Below are positions 8,756-18,142 of a DNA stretch of 64,000 nucleotides, in pieces. Source of the DNA: Candidatus Hydrothermarchaeum profundi (lineage in GTDB: Archaea; Hydrothermarchaeota; Hydrothermarchaeia; Hydrothermarchaeales; Hydrothermarchaeaceae); the NCBI GenBank assembly GCA_002011125.2, contig MTMF02000009.1, positions 288,001 through 352,000 of the forward strand, given 5' to 3'. How positions within the stretch are numbered: the stretch's first letter is position 1; every line of letters starts with the position of its first letter. The position numbers were made by a program, and so were the translations under genes. The notes below the pieces were generated by a model. That model saw only the letters and a list, made by a program, of their open reading frames with translations. It ran no database searches and was not told the origin of the DNA.

Positions 8756-11161
8756 TTATGCCGCTTTTATCTCTGCTTTATCCTTTCTCGGACCAAGTTT
8801 TTCTAAGATATCCCTGAGTTCAATAATGGTTTTTTGGAACTTTGCCCCCTCACTCGCAGATATCCATGTCAGCTTAAATCTTTCCTGCTCGATTCCCTTG
8901 GCCTCCATTTTTTTCCTTATCATCTTTTCTCTTTTTGCCATGAATTGATTACCCGAAATATAGTGGCAGTCGCCCATATGACAGCCGGCAACTAATACCA
9001 TGCCAGCACCTTTCTCAAATGCGTAGTCTACAAATTTTTTGTCTACTCTGCCGGTGCACATCACTCTAACAACCCTTAAGTTCGGAGGATACTGCATCCT
9101 ACTCACACCTGCCGTATCCGCCCCACCATAAGAACACCAGTTGCACAATATGCCTAAGATTTTTTCTCCAGGTTTTTCTTCTAATGCTGCGTCTATCTGT
9201 GAATAGATCTGCTCATCAGTGAAGTGCTTCATTTCAATTGCATCCTTCGGGCAGTCTGCAGCGCAAGTTCCGCATCCCTTACACAACGCTTGGGTTATTT
9301 CAGCTCTTTTTACTGGCTTGCCGTCTTTCTCCCCTATTTCAACCAGCTTCCAAGCGCCATACGGACATCTTTTAACGCATATACCGCAACCTATGCATCT
9401 CTCAGGTATAGGATGAGCGATATCACCTCCCATAGTGATCTCGCCAGCTATCATCGGTATAGCTGCCGCAGCTGCTGCGCCTCTAGCCTGAGCCACCGAC
9501 ATAGGTATATCCTTTGGTCCCTGACATGCTCCTGTTATGAAAATTCCATCTGTTGGAGTATCTATTGGAGCTAGCTTAGGATGCTTTTCTAGGAAGAATC
9601 CCTCGGCTGACCTAGAGATATGGAGTATCTGGGAAAGTTTACCGGCATCTTTCTTAGGAACCATGCCGGTAGAAAGTACAACTAAGTCGAACTCTGTTTC
9701 ATCAACTGTACCGGCAAGCGTATTTTCCCCAATTAGTATTAGATTCTTTGTTTTAGGGTCTTCTCGTATTTCCGCCGGTTTACCTCTTATAAACTTTATT
9801 CCCGCTTTTCTAGCCCTAGTGTAGAGTTCTTCAAAGCCCTTGCCTATTGACCTTATATCTATATAATAAATTACCACATCCTGCTCTGGATGTTTTTCTT
9901 TAAGCATAGAAGCTAGCTTTAAGGTATACGTGCAACATACGCCTCCAGAGCAATAAGAGTCATCTCCTCTATCCCTAGTACCAATACATAGGATAAATGC
10001 GATCCTCTCTGGGTCTTTCCCGTCAGAAGGCCTTATAACATGCCCCATGGTAGGCCCGCTTGCATTCATAAGCCTTTCAAGCTCTAGTGCTGTTATGACA
10101 TTGGGATAATCTAAGTAGCCATAGTCGTTCTTTTCAGCCGGATCGTAGATATCGTATCCCGTGGAAACGATTACCATGCCTACGTCTAATACTTTCTCCT
10201 CTTCTGTATCGTCCCTTTTTATAGCGTTCTTTTCACACACAATCTCACAGAAACCGCAGTTAATGCAGTGCTCAATATCTATTGTCGCCTTGTTCGGTAC
10301 TGCCTGAGGGAATTGTCTGTATATGGCACCTCTAGGTCCTAAGCCTTCATCAAACTCGTTAGGAACCTTAACGGGGCAAACTTCAAAACATAGCCCACAG
10401 CCATTACACTCCTCACTAACGTATCTAGGTTTCTTTACCACAGTAACTTTGAAGTTTCCCACGTACCCATCCACTTTCTTCAGCTCATGATATGTAAGCA
10501 ACTCAATATTCGGGTGCTTCCCAACATCGCTCATCATTGGCCCTTCTATGCAGATAGAGCAGTCCAATGTCGGAAAGGTCTTATCTAACTGAGCCATAAC
10601 CCCCCCTATGCTAGGCTCTTTTTCAACAAGATAGACTTTAAATCCCATATCAGCCAGATCAAGAGCCGCCCTCATACCGGCAACGCCTCCTCCTAACACC
10701 AAGGCAGATCTAGTAACTGGTACCTTGAAGAGAGGGAGAGGCTCAAGTAATCTGGCCTTTGCTACTGCCATCCTAACTAGATCGATGGCTTTCTCAGTTG
10801 CCTTATCCGGCTCTCTGGTGTGTACCCATGAGCAGTGCTCCCTGATATTAGCCATTTCAAATTGATACCTGTTTAAACCCGCTTCTTCGACCGTTCTCCT
10901 AAAAGTAGGCTCGTGTAGTCTAGGAGAGCACGAAGCTACGACAACCCGGTTTAGGTTATATCTCTTTATTTTCTCTTTGATATCCTGCTGTCCGGTATCA
11001 GAACAAGTATACTTATTAGCTTGAGAATGAACGACGTTTGGGAAAGACTTGGCCACTTCAGCTACCTTATCGCAGTCTACTACCCCTCCAATATTTAATC
11101 CACATTTACAAACGAAGACTCCTATTCTGGGTTCTTCATTTGTCTTATTATTTTTAGCCAA
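8756..11161 (-). CDS. hdrA: Heterodisulfide reductase subunit A with C-terminal MvhD fusion
   Basis: IGVFVCKCG, ASCSPRLHEPTF, GGGVAG FAD motif, DKTFPTLDCSIC, ferredoxin motifs; C-terminal CNWCSY..RVMCTGRV..GCHMGDCHY MvhD domain. Confidence 0.95.
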   Translation of the reverse strand: MAKNNKTNEEPRIGVFVCKCGLNIGGVVDCDKVAEVAKSFPNVVHSQANKYTCSDTGQQDIKEKIKRYNLNRVVVASCSPRLHEPTFRRTVEEAGLNRYQFEMANIREHCSWVHTREPDKATEKAIDLVRMAVAKARLLEPLPLFKVPVTRSALVLGGGVAGMRAALDLADMGFKVYLVEKEPSIGGVMAQLDKTFPTLDCSICIEGPMMSDVGKHPNIELLTYHELKKVDGYVGNFKVTVVKKPRYVSEECNGCGLCFEVCPVKVPNEFDEGLGPRGAIYRQFPQAVPNKATIDIEHCINCGFCEIVCEKNAIKRDDTEEEKVLDVGMVIVSTGYDIYDPAEKNDYGYLDYPNVITALELERLMNASGPTMGHVIRPSDGKDPERIAFILCIGTRDRGDDSYCSGGVCCTYTLKLASMLKEKHPEQDVVIYYIDIRSIGKGFEELYTRARKAGIKFIRGKPAEIREDPKTKNLILIGENTLAGTVDETEFDLVVLSTGMVPKKDAGKLSQILHISRSAEGFFLEKHPKLAPIDTPTDGIFITGACQGPKDIPMSVAQARGAAAAAAIPMIAGEITMGGDIAHPIPERCIGCGICVKRCPYGAWKLVEIGEKDGKPVKRAEITQALCKGCGTCAADCPKDAIEMKHFTDEQIYSQIDAALEEKPGEKILGILCNWCSYGGADTAGVSRMQYPPNLRVVRVMCTGRVDKKFVDYAFEKGAGMVLVAGCHMGDCHYISGNQFMAKREKMIRKKMEAKGIEQERFKLTWISASEGAKFQKTIIELRDILEKLGPRKDKAEIKAA

Positions 11162-11165
11162 GCTA

Positions 11166-11573
11166 TTACCTCCTTACCGGATTAGGACCTAATTCTTTAA
11201 GAGTATTAGTAAACTCCTCTACCAATTTCGCAAATCTCCCACCCTCACTGGCCGAGACCCATTCCAAGCGAAAGCGCCTTGGATCTACTCCCACAGCCTC
11301 CAGAAGCTTTCTCGTCATTTCAACTTTTTTCTCTGTTTTAAGATTTCCTTCTCTATAATGACAGTCTCCCGGATGACATCCTAATACTAAAACGCCGTCT
11401 ATGCCTTTCTCAAAGGCCCTGAAGGCGAATTCTGGATCGAATCTGCCCGAACACATAGTACGGACTATCCTTACTGTGGGAGGATACTGCATCCTACTCA
11501 CCCCTGCTAAGTCAGCCCCTGCATATGAGCACCAGTTGCAGGCAAACACGACAGCTTTAGGCTCGAATGTCAC
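11166..11573 (-). CDS. mvhD: MvhD-type [2Fe-2S] electron transfer subunit
   Basis: CNWCSYAGADLAG, MCSGR, GCHPGDCHY, WVSASEG. Confidence 0.95.
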   Translation of the reverse strand: MTFEPKAVVFACNWCSYAGADLAGVSRMQYPPTVRIVRTMCSGRFDPEFAFRAFEKGIDGVLVLGCHPGDCHYREGNLKTEKKVEMTRKLLEAVGVDPRRFRLEWVSASEGGRFAKLVEEFTNTLKELGPNPVRR

Positions 11574-14500
11574 GATGGAACCTCCATTAATTCATCAATC
11601 ATAGCAATTATCTGCGCCTTTTCAAAGTGCCGGGGATTAATAGCGCCATTTGGACAAACAGATGCGCAGGTTCCGCACCCCGCACACAATGCATCGTTTA
11701 CCAGAGCTTTCGATTCTCCCTTCGAATTCTTAATCAAGGATATAGCTGAGAAGGGGCATACTTCCGTGCATCTTCCACATCCTATACACAGGTCTTCATT
11801 AACGACCGCTGTTATAGCTTCTGTTTCTATCTCGCCCTTAGATAGAAGAGCACACGCTTTTGATGCTGCCCCAGAAGCCTGAGCGATTATAGAGGAAACC
11901 TCTTTAGGACTTTGACAGTTACCGCATAGGAATATTCCCTCTGAGCTGAACTCTAATGGTCTTAACTTCGCATGCGCCTCCATAAAGAACCCGTCTGGGC
12001 TACGGGGGACTTTTAAAGCTTTTTGAATTTCTTCTATCCCTTCAGGTGGAACTTGTGGAGTGCTCAACACTAGATAATCCACCTCTAACTCCAATTCCTT
12101 CTGTAAAAGAGCATCGTAGACCATGAGCTTAAGTTTATCTCCCGAGGTCTCCACTCTAGGAGGTCTTTCAGGGACGTATCTAACATATTGCACCCCATAC
12201 TCGGCCTGGGATTTACGATAATAGTCTTCATATTTCCCAAAGGTCATGATGTCCCGGAAAATGATAAATATCTTACCTTCAGGGTTTCTTTTCTTAAGAA
12301 TAATGGAATTCTTTACTGCCTCTATACAACACGTCCTTGAACATGATGGATGCCCTTCAACGCGTGCACCAACGCATTGAATCATAGCCAAGTTCTTGTA
12401 GCTCAGGCCTTCTTTGAGTTTTGCTTCAAGCTCCATTTGTGTCATAACCCTCGGATTCTCGCCGTATAGGAACATGCCCTTAGGCTTCATCTCTTCACTA
12501 CCTGTTGCGATGACTATTGCTCCTGCCTTAATCTTTCTTATATCTCCATTTTCCTTTACATCGATCTCGAAATTTCCAACATAGCCATTCAATCCTGCTA
12601 TAACGGAATTCAGATGCACTGTTATCATCCCGCTCTTCTCAACCTGCTCTACTAGAGAATCAACCAGTTCTTTGGCGTCTATGCCTTCCATGAATACTGT
12701 GCTCATCTCAGAAACCGAACCACCAAGCTTGGAGCTTTTTTCTACTAGGTCTACTCTGAAGCCTTGCTTGGCTATTTCTAGAGCAGCCGTCATACCCGCT
12801 ATCCCTCCGCCAATGACTAAGGCCGATGGGCCTACTTCTATCTTCTTGCTCGTTTGCGGCTTAAGCAATCTAGCTCTAGCAACTGCCATCCTAACTAGAT
12901 CTTTCGCCTTCTCTGTAGCTTTTTCAGGATCCTTCGCATGAACCCATGCATCGTGCTCTCTAATATTAGCCAACTCAAAGAGATATGGATTGAGCCCTGC
13001 TTCCTGGCATGTGCTCCTAAAAAGAGGCTCATGGGTTCTCGGCGTGCAGGATGCAACGATTACCCTGTTTAGGTCGTATTTTTTAATGTCTTTTTTAATT
13101 TGGGAGCGAGTATCATCGGAGCAGGTATATAACTTGTCAGTTGCATAAACAACGTTTGGCAGGCTCCTAGCATATTCCGCTACTGCCTTCACATCAACTA
13201 CCGCTGCAATATTAAGACCGCAGTGGCAGACATAAACCCCTATTCTCGGCTCGCCTGATACTTCTTTTTCTGGTACTTCCTGCTTTATGGATAACTGTGT
13301 ACCCCTAGACTCGACTAGGAGTCCTCCTACTTGGGCTGCTGCCCCACCCGCTTGTCCTACGGAGTCAGGAATATCCTTGGGTCCAACGCAGGCCCCAGTT
13401 ATAAAAATGCCTTTTCTTGATGTATTGAATGGGGCATGTTCGTAGGTCTTGAAATAGCCGTATTCGTCTGTTTCAATCTGGAGTATTTCGGACAGTTTTT
13501 CGGAACCTGAAGAAGGCTTCAAAGCTGATGCTAATACAACCATTTCGAACTCTTCTTGCTTGGCTTCCCCTGTGAAAGTGTCATCATAGTGAATAATGAG
13601 ATTCCCTGTCCTCAGGTCTTCTGTGATAGCTGATGGCCGGGACCTTATATATCTCACATTGTAAGTGTTTTTTGCTTTGTCAGCATACTCTTGGAATCCT
13701 TTTCCAAAAGCCCTTAAATCCATATAAAAGATTGAAATGTCCAGATCAGGCGAGTGCTCTTTAGCGATTATTGCTTCTTTAGTTGAAGCCATGCAACATA
13801 TCTGTGAGCAGTATGGGTAGTGCCTCACGTCTCTAGAACCTACGCACTGGATAAACGCGATTTTCTTGGGCTCTTTTCCATCAGAGGGTCTTATAACATG
13901 TCCTGCAGTAGGTCCAGAGGCGCTTAATAGCCTTTCAAACTGCAGATTTGTTATAACATTCTTATATACCCCATATCCATACTCTTCCAGTGCAGACGGG
14001 TTATAGAGATCATAGCCAGAAGACACTATTATTGATCCAACGTTTACCTTCACTATTTCATCTTTCATATCGTAATCGATAGCGTCTGCCTCGCAAACTA
14101 TCTTGCACATGCCACAGTTAATGCAGTGTTCTTTGTCAATAGTGTATATTAGCGGGGCAGCCTGAGGAAAAGGTATGTAAGCCGCTTTTCTAGAGCCAAG
14201 TCCCATATCAAACTCGTTAGGAATCACTGAAGGACATACCTCTGCACATAGACCGCAACCAGTGCACTTATCCTCCCTGATATACCTGGCCTTTCTTCTT
14301 ATAGTTACTTGGAAATTGCCCTCCTCACCATCTATTGCTTCAACCTCTGATAGAGTCATAACTTCTATGTCAGAGTGTCTGACAGTCTCCACCATTTTAG
14401 GAGCCAGCGTACACATAGCGCAGTCATTCGTTGGGAAGGTCTTATCCAGCTGCGCCATTCTGCCACCTATTGTCGGGCTCTTCTCCACTAAATAAACCTT

Positions 14501-14584
14501 AAACCCTGACTCTGCTAAGTCAAGGCTTGCCTGTATTCCAGATACGCCAGCTCCTATTACGAGTACTGACCCTATTTTATCCAT
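11570..14584 (-). CDS. hdrA: Large HdrA-family flavoprotein with two FAD modules
   Basis: GAGVSG and GGGIAG FAD motifs, DKTFPTNDCAMC, internal IGVYVCHCG domain, several CxxCxxCxxxCP. Confidence 0.93.
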   Translation of the reverse strand: MDKIGSVLVIGAGVSGIQASLDLAESGFKVYLVEKSPTIGGRMAQLDKTFPTNDCAMCTLAPKMVETVRHSDIEVMTLSEVEAIDGEEGNFQVTIRRKARYIREDKCTGCGLCAEVCPSVIPNEFDMGLGSRKAAYIPFPQAAPLIYTIDKEHCINCGMCKIVCEADAIDYDMKDEIVKVNVGSIIVSSGYDLYNPSALEEYGYGVYKNVITNLQFERLLSASGPTAGHVIRPSDGKEPKKIAFIQCVGSRDVRHYPYCSQICCMASTKEAIIAKEHSPDLDISIFYMDLRAFGKGFQEYADKAKNTYNVRYIRSRPSAITEDLRTGNLIIHYDDTFTGEAKQEEFEMVVLASALKPSSGSEKLSEILQIETDEYGYFKTYEHAPFNTSRKGIFITGACVGPKDIPDSVGQAGGAAAQVGGLLVESRGTQLSIKQEVPEKEVSGEPRIGVYVCHCGLNIAAVVDVKAVAEYARSLPNVVYATDKLYTCSDDTRSQIKKDIKKYDLNRVIVASCTPRTHEPLFRSTCQEAGLNPYLFELANIREHDAWVHAKDPEKATEKAKDLVRMAVARARLLKPQTSKKIEVGPSALVIGGGIAGMTAALEIAKQGFRVDLVEKSSKLGGSVSEMSTVFMEGIDAKELVDSLVEQVEKSGMITVHLNSVIAGLNGYVGNFEIDVKENGDIRKIKAGAIVIATGSEEMKPKGMFLYGENPRVMTQMELEAKLKEGLSYKNLAMIQCVGARVEGHPSCSRTCCIEAVKNSIILKKRNPEGKIFIIFRDIMTFGKYEDYYRKSQAEYGVQYVRYVPERPPRVETSGDKLKLMVYDALLQKELELEVDYLVLSTPQVPPEGIEEIQKALKVPRSPDGFFMEAHAKLRPLEFSSEGIFLCGNCQSPKEVSSIIAQASGAASKACALLSKGEIETEAITAVVNEDLCIGCGRCTEVCPFSAISLIKNSKGESKALVNDALCAGCGTCASVCPNGAINPRHFEKAQIIAMIDELMEVPS

Positions 14585-15730
14585 TTACTTATACTCCGGG
14601 ACATATTTTCCTTCTTTATTCCTACTTTCAGCTGTAGCTTCTCTTTTCTTCTTTTTTAGTGAAACATTCTTCTTAATCTGAGAAACATCTACCTCATCCT
14701 TGGTCTCGATATACCCGAGCTCCAAGGCTTTTTCTACTAGTTTCATTCCTTTTTCGCTTCTAACAATCACGGTAGACCAACCTGTCTCTGTACCAATACT
14801 GCCCGCTGTTAAATCCGAAAACTCGGCAGTAAAATCAATACATAGATTACAAGACTCAGGTACACATTCGTTAAATTTCTTCACCGATACAGAGAGCTCC
14901 TCTCCGTCTTTTTTGGTTATAATAAATTTACCCTTAGTTATATCTGTCTTAACTATGTCTTCCAAGTTGACTCCAAACTCTCTTTCAAGAGCTTTACTTA
15001 TACAGGGGTAAGGGAAGTTTTCAAAACAGAAAAGTCCAATCAAAGTTAGGTCTAAAGGCCTCTCAGACTCTTTAGTTTTCTCTACCACATCTTTTAATAT
15101 AGAATGCATTGCACGTCTAGCTCCAGCTATCTGACACCCAGTTCCAACCAATGCGAGGTTACGGATTTCCCTTATCATCTTACCGAATTTCATTGCTGTA
15201 GGAGTCCGGGTATACTTGGTTCCTGAGGCGCTCATCAGCTCTTCTGGGGTTCTAGCAATTTGTGCCTCAGTCTTCCAGTTGTCCATCCTATTGGCAACGA
15301 TTGCACCTCCAATTAGGCCGGATTTCAAAGCCGCTGCTAAGATAGCAGTGACAGCGCCTCCATCCTGCGCTCTTTCAAGGATTTCCTTCTTTTTGGACCT
15401 AACGGCTAGGAGCTTCTGGTAAAAACCGAGGTCTTCATCCTCTCTTACGCTACCGAAGGTATCCTGTTCTAAATCTTGTTTACTATAGGATACCATCGGA
15501 CAGCAATCATAGCATGTTCCTTCGGTAGAGCATTTCACGGCTCCTATCTCCAAATTACAATCCTTTTCAAGCTCTGGAATGCCGTCTTCGTTAATTATTA
15601 TCCGCTCGCAAAAAGCAGCACAGTTGCTACAACCAGAGCATATACCCTGGTCTATTACGGTTTTTTTCAACTCACTGAAACCCTTACTGGGCTTCATGAG
15701 AGGTATGAAGTTTTCAATCTCAACTTCCAT
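14585..15730 (-). CDS. frhB: FrhB/FdhB-family F420-binding subunit
   Basis: CSGCSNCAAFC ferredoxin, AQDGGAVT, ASGTKY, VGTGCQI, IGLFCFENF, CNLCIDFTAEFSDL. Confidence 0.9.
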   Translation of the reverse strand: MEVEIENFIPLMKPSKGFSELKKTVIDQGICSGCSNCAAFCERIIINEDGIPELEKDCNLEIGAVKCSTEGTCYDCCPMVSYSKQDLEQDTFGSVREDEDLGFYQKLLAVRSKKKEILERAQDGGAVTAILAAALKSGLIGGAIVANRMDNWKTEAQIARTPEELMSASGTKYTRTPTAMKFGKMIREIRNLALVGTGCQIAGARRAMHSILKDVVEKTKESERPLDLTLIGLFCFENFPYPCISKALEREFGVNLEDIVKTDITKGKFIITKKDGEELSVSVKKFNECVPESCNLCIDFTAEFSDLTAGSIGTETGWSTVIVRSEKGMKLVEKALELGYIETKDEVDVSQIKKNVSLKKKKREATAESRNKEGKYVPEYK

Positions 15731-15734
15731 TTTA

Positions 15735-16853
15735 TCACCTCGATAGGGCCTTTACAAGAGCCGTAGTGAAGTCCATTATCTCTATATTATAGTCTGGCTC
15801 AGATTTATCTCTTTGCAGGCATTTTAGGTGAATTTGGCACTTTGCACACGGTGTGATCATTATTTCTGCCCCAGTCTCCAAGGCGTCTTTCATCTTTTTT
15901 CTGCGGATCTCTTTGTTCTCATCGTCACAGTTCACCCATTGGGGTACGCCGCAGCATAGGGCATTTTCCCGGTTATTCTGCATTTCTACTATCTCATAGC
16001 CCATTTTGGATAAGAGCTCTCTAGGCTGGTCGTAGACTTCCATGAATCTGCCTAGCCTGCAGGAGTCATGGAAAGTAACTTTGGCTTTCTTGCCGTTTGG
16101 CTTTAACTTGTCAACATATTCAACAAGATATTCCGAGATATGTTTGACATTTAACTCCGCGCCAAATTTTTCATTATAGTCAACTGCCAAGGTACGATAG
16201 CACTCAGGACAGCTAGTCACTATAGTCTTGTAATTTTGGAGATACTCTAAATTTTGCTCTGCAACCTTATTGAAGAAGTTTAACTGCCCCCTCCATAGCT
16301 GGTCATGGCCACAACATTTTTCTTTCTCAGATACTGCGGGTCTAATTCCCGCAGCGTTAAGAAGTCTTATCGTATTATCAGCTATCCCCATTCCCTCGAA
16401 ATTGACATCTTCTTTAAATATGATGTCAAAGTAAGGTATGCATCCCATAAAATACAAAACATCACTATTATCATCTATCTCAACGTCTTTTGCTAGGAAC
16501 TTTTTCCTCTTTGGATTGACCTTATCGCTGGCCATAATATTATAAAAAGCAAATGTATTCGAATGGGCGACATTGCAAAATCCATCCAACCCAGTTTGCC
16601 TAGCGGACTTTACTAGTTCCACGATGCCCACATTCATAGGGCATTTTTCCTCGCAGAGACCGCAGGTCAAGCAGTCCCAGCTACTCCCACTATTTATCAC
16701 TCTCTCGGGATGCCCTATTAGAGTATTAAACACCATTCTCCTAGGTAGAAAACCCGGTTTAACTCTGGCTTTAGGACATATTCCTGAACAAATAGCGCAC
16801 TGATAACACCTACTGATATACTCCCCTACCAAAATAGAAGCTTTGCTTTCCAC
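15735..16853 (-). CDS. HdrD-like Fe-S oxidoreductase (HdrC-like ferredoxin plus two CCG domains)
   Basis: CYQCAICSGICP, CLTCGLCEEKCP, CCG x2, FHDSCRLGR, TPCAKC. Confidence 0.88.
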   Translation of the reverse strand: MESKASILVGEYISRCYQCAICSGICPKARVKPGFLPRRMVFNTLIGHPERVINSGSSWDCLTCGLCEEKCPMNVGIVELVKSARQTGLDGFCNVAHSNTFAFYNIMASDKVNPKRKKFLAKDVEIDDNSDVLYFMGCIPYFDIIFKEDVNFEGMGIADNTIRLLNAAGIRPAVSEKEKCCGHDQLWRGQLNFFNKVAEQNLEYLQNYKTIVTSCPECYRTLAVDYNEKFGAELNVKHISEYLVEYVDKLKPNGKKAKVTFHDSCRLGRFMEVYDQPRELLSKMGYEIVEMQNNRENALCCGVPQWVNCDDENKEIRRKKMKDALETGAEIMITPCAKCQIHLKCLQRDKSEPDYNIEIMDFTTALVKALSR

Positions 16854-16988
16854 TGTACCAGACCCAAAAAGAACCTTTATAAATCACATTTAAAAGTATA
16901 GTTATAAATTCCGTCGGTAATGTACAAATCTTTTTTGGATATGAAGATTTATATAATGGTTAATCATTACAAATTTGGTGGATGAGCT
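16854..16988. promoter_or_regulatory. Divergent promoter region between hdr and frhB-cdhAB operons
   Basis: 135-nt intergenic region with TTTATAAA (~16877) and ATTTATATA (~16948) TATA-like boxes at archaeal spacing from each start. Confidence 0.45.
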
Positions 16989-18128
16989 ATGACATACGCT
17001 ATTTCAAAAGGTGAAATAATAGAATATACCTGGCTAGGTAAAGAAGAAGGATACAAGGCCCTTGAACAAGAAGTTATCTTCAAGGATCTTTGTTGTGGAT
17101 GCGGCAATTGTGAAGCTGTATGCCCTGAAAATGTGATCAAAGTTAGCGAGTTCCCAGAACTGATCGGGAAGTGCACAAATTGCGGATACTGCCTAATGCA
17201 ATGTCCTAGGAGCTTCTTTTCGAGCGAAGAAGCAGAAGAAAAACTTTTCGGGGAGATAACGGAAGACGAGCTTGGGCATATAGAAAGCAAGATTGGAGTA
17301 AGAGTGAAAGACGAGGAAATAAAGAAAGTCGTACAGGACGGCGGTTTTGTAACTGCTGCTTTGAAATACCTCCTTGAAAAGAATATCATAGATGGCGCAG
17401 TAGTTTCAGCGAAAGGAGAGGATAACCCCTGGTCTCCTATGGCAAAGCTCGTTGTTTCCCCCAGAGAATTATTAGAGAGCGCTGGTACTAGATACACAAA
17501 CAGCCCTAATACTGCTGCTTTAAAAGAAGCAAAAGAGAAAGGACTAAAGAACCTCGCTATTGTTGGACTGCCATGCCAAATAGAGGCTGTGCGAAAGATC
17601 CAGAATTACCCGATAGAAGATGTGGATATCTCTGATAGAATTAAGCTGACTATATCCATTTTCTGCTCATCAAACTTCATGTATGATGGGCTGATGAATA
17701 AACTCGTTCAAGAGAAATATAGAGTTCCTTTAAAGGATATCAAAAAGATGGATATAAAGGGCAAAAACGTGTTGGTTTTCACAGAGAAAGAAGAGGTCAA
17801 AATACCTCTAAAAGAAGCATATACTGTGAAAAGGGAGCCCTGCAAAGTATGTTCTGACTTCACAGGCAGGCTGGCGGATATCTCTGCTGGGGCGGTAGGC
17901 TCTCCAGTTGGCTACACCACTGTTTTTGCAAGAACGAAATTCGCCGTTAAACTTTTAGATGACATGCTAAATTTCGGTATCTTTGAGACAATAGAACTGG
18001 AAGAAGAAAAACCGGGACTGGGAATAGCGAGAAAGCTTCAAATGAAGAAGGAAAAAGAAGCCTCTGAATATGTCAGGAAACGGATTAAAGAGGTCTTACC
18101 TCTTCCCTTTAAAGGATTGAAATTCTAG
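16989..18128 (+). CDS. frhB: FrhB-family F420-binding subunit
   Basis: CCGCGNCEAVCP, VQDGGFVT, SAGTRY, VGLPCQI, IFCSSNF, CKVCSDFTGRLADI. Confidence 0.9.
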   Translation: MTYAISKGEIIEYTWLGKEEGYKALEQEVIFKDLCCGCGNCEAVCPENVIKVSEFPELIGKCTNCGYCLMQCPRSFFSSEEAEEKLFGEITEDELGHIESKIGVRVKDEEIKKVVQDGGFVTAALKYLLEKNIIDGAVVSAKGEDNPWSPMAKLVVSPRELLESAGTRYTNSPNTAALKEAKEKGLKNLAIVGLPCQIEAVRKIQNYPIEDVDISDRIKLTISIFCSSNFMYDGLMNKLVQEKYRVPLKDIKKMDIKGKNVLVFTEKEEVKIPLKEAYTVKREPCKVCSDFTGRLADISAGAVGSPVGYTTVFARTKFAVKLLDDMLNFGIFETIELEEEKPGLGIARKLQMKKEKEASEYVRKRIKEVLPLPFKGLKF

Positions 18129-18142
18129 GAGGGTGTAAGAAA

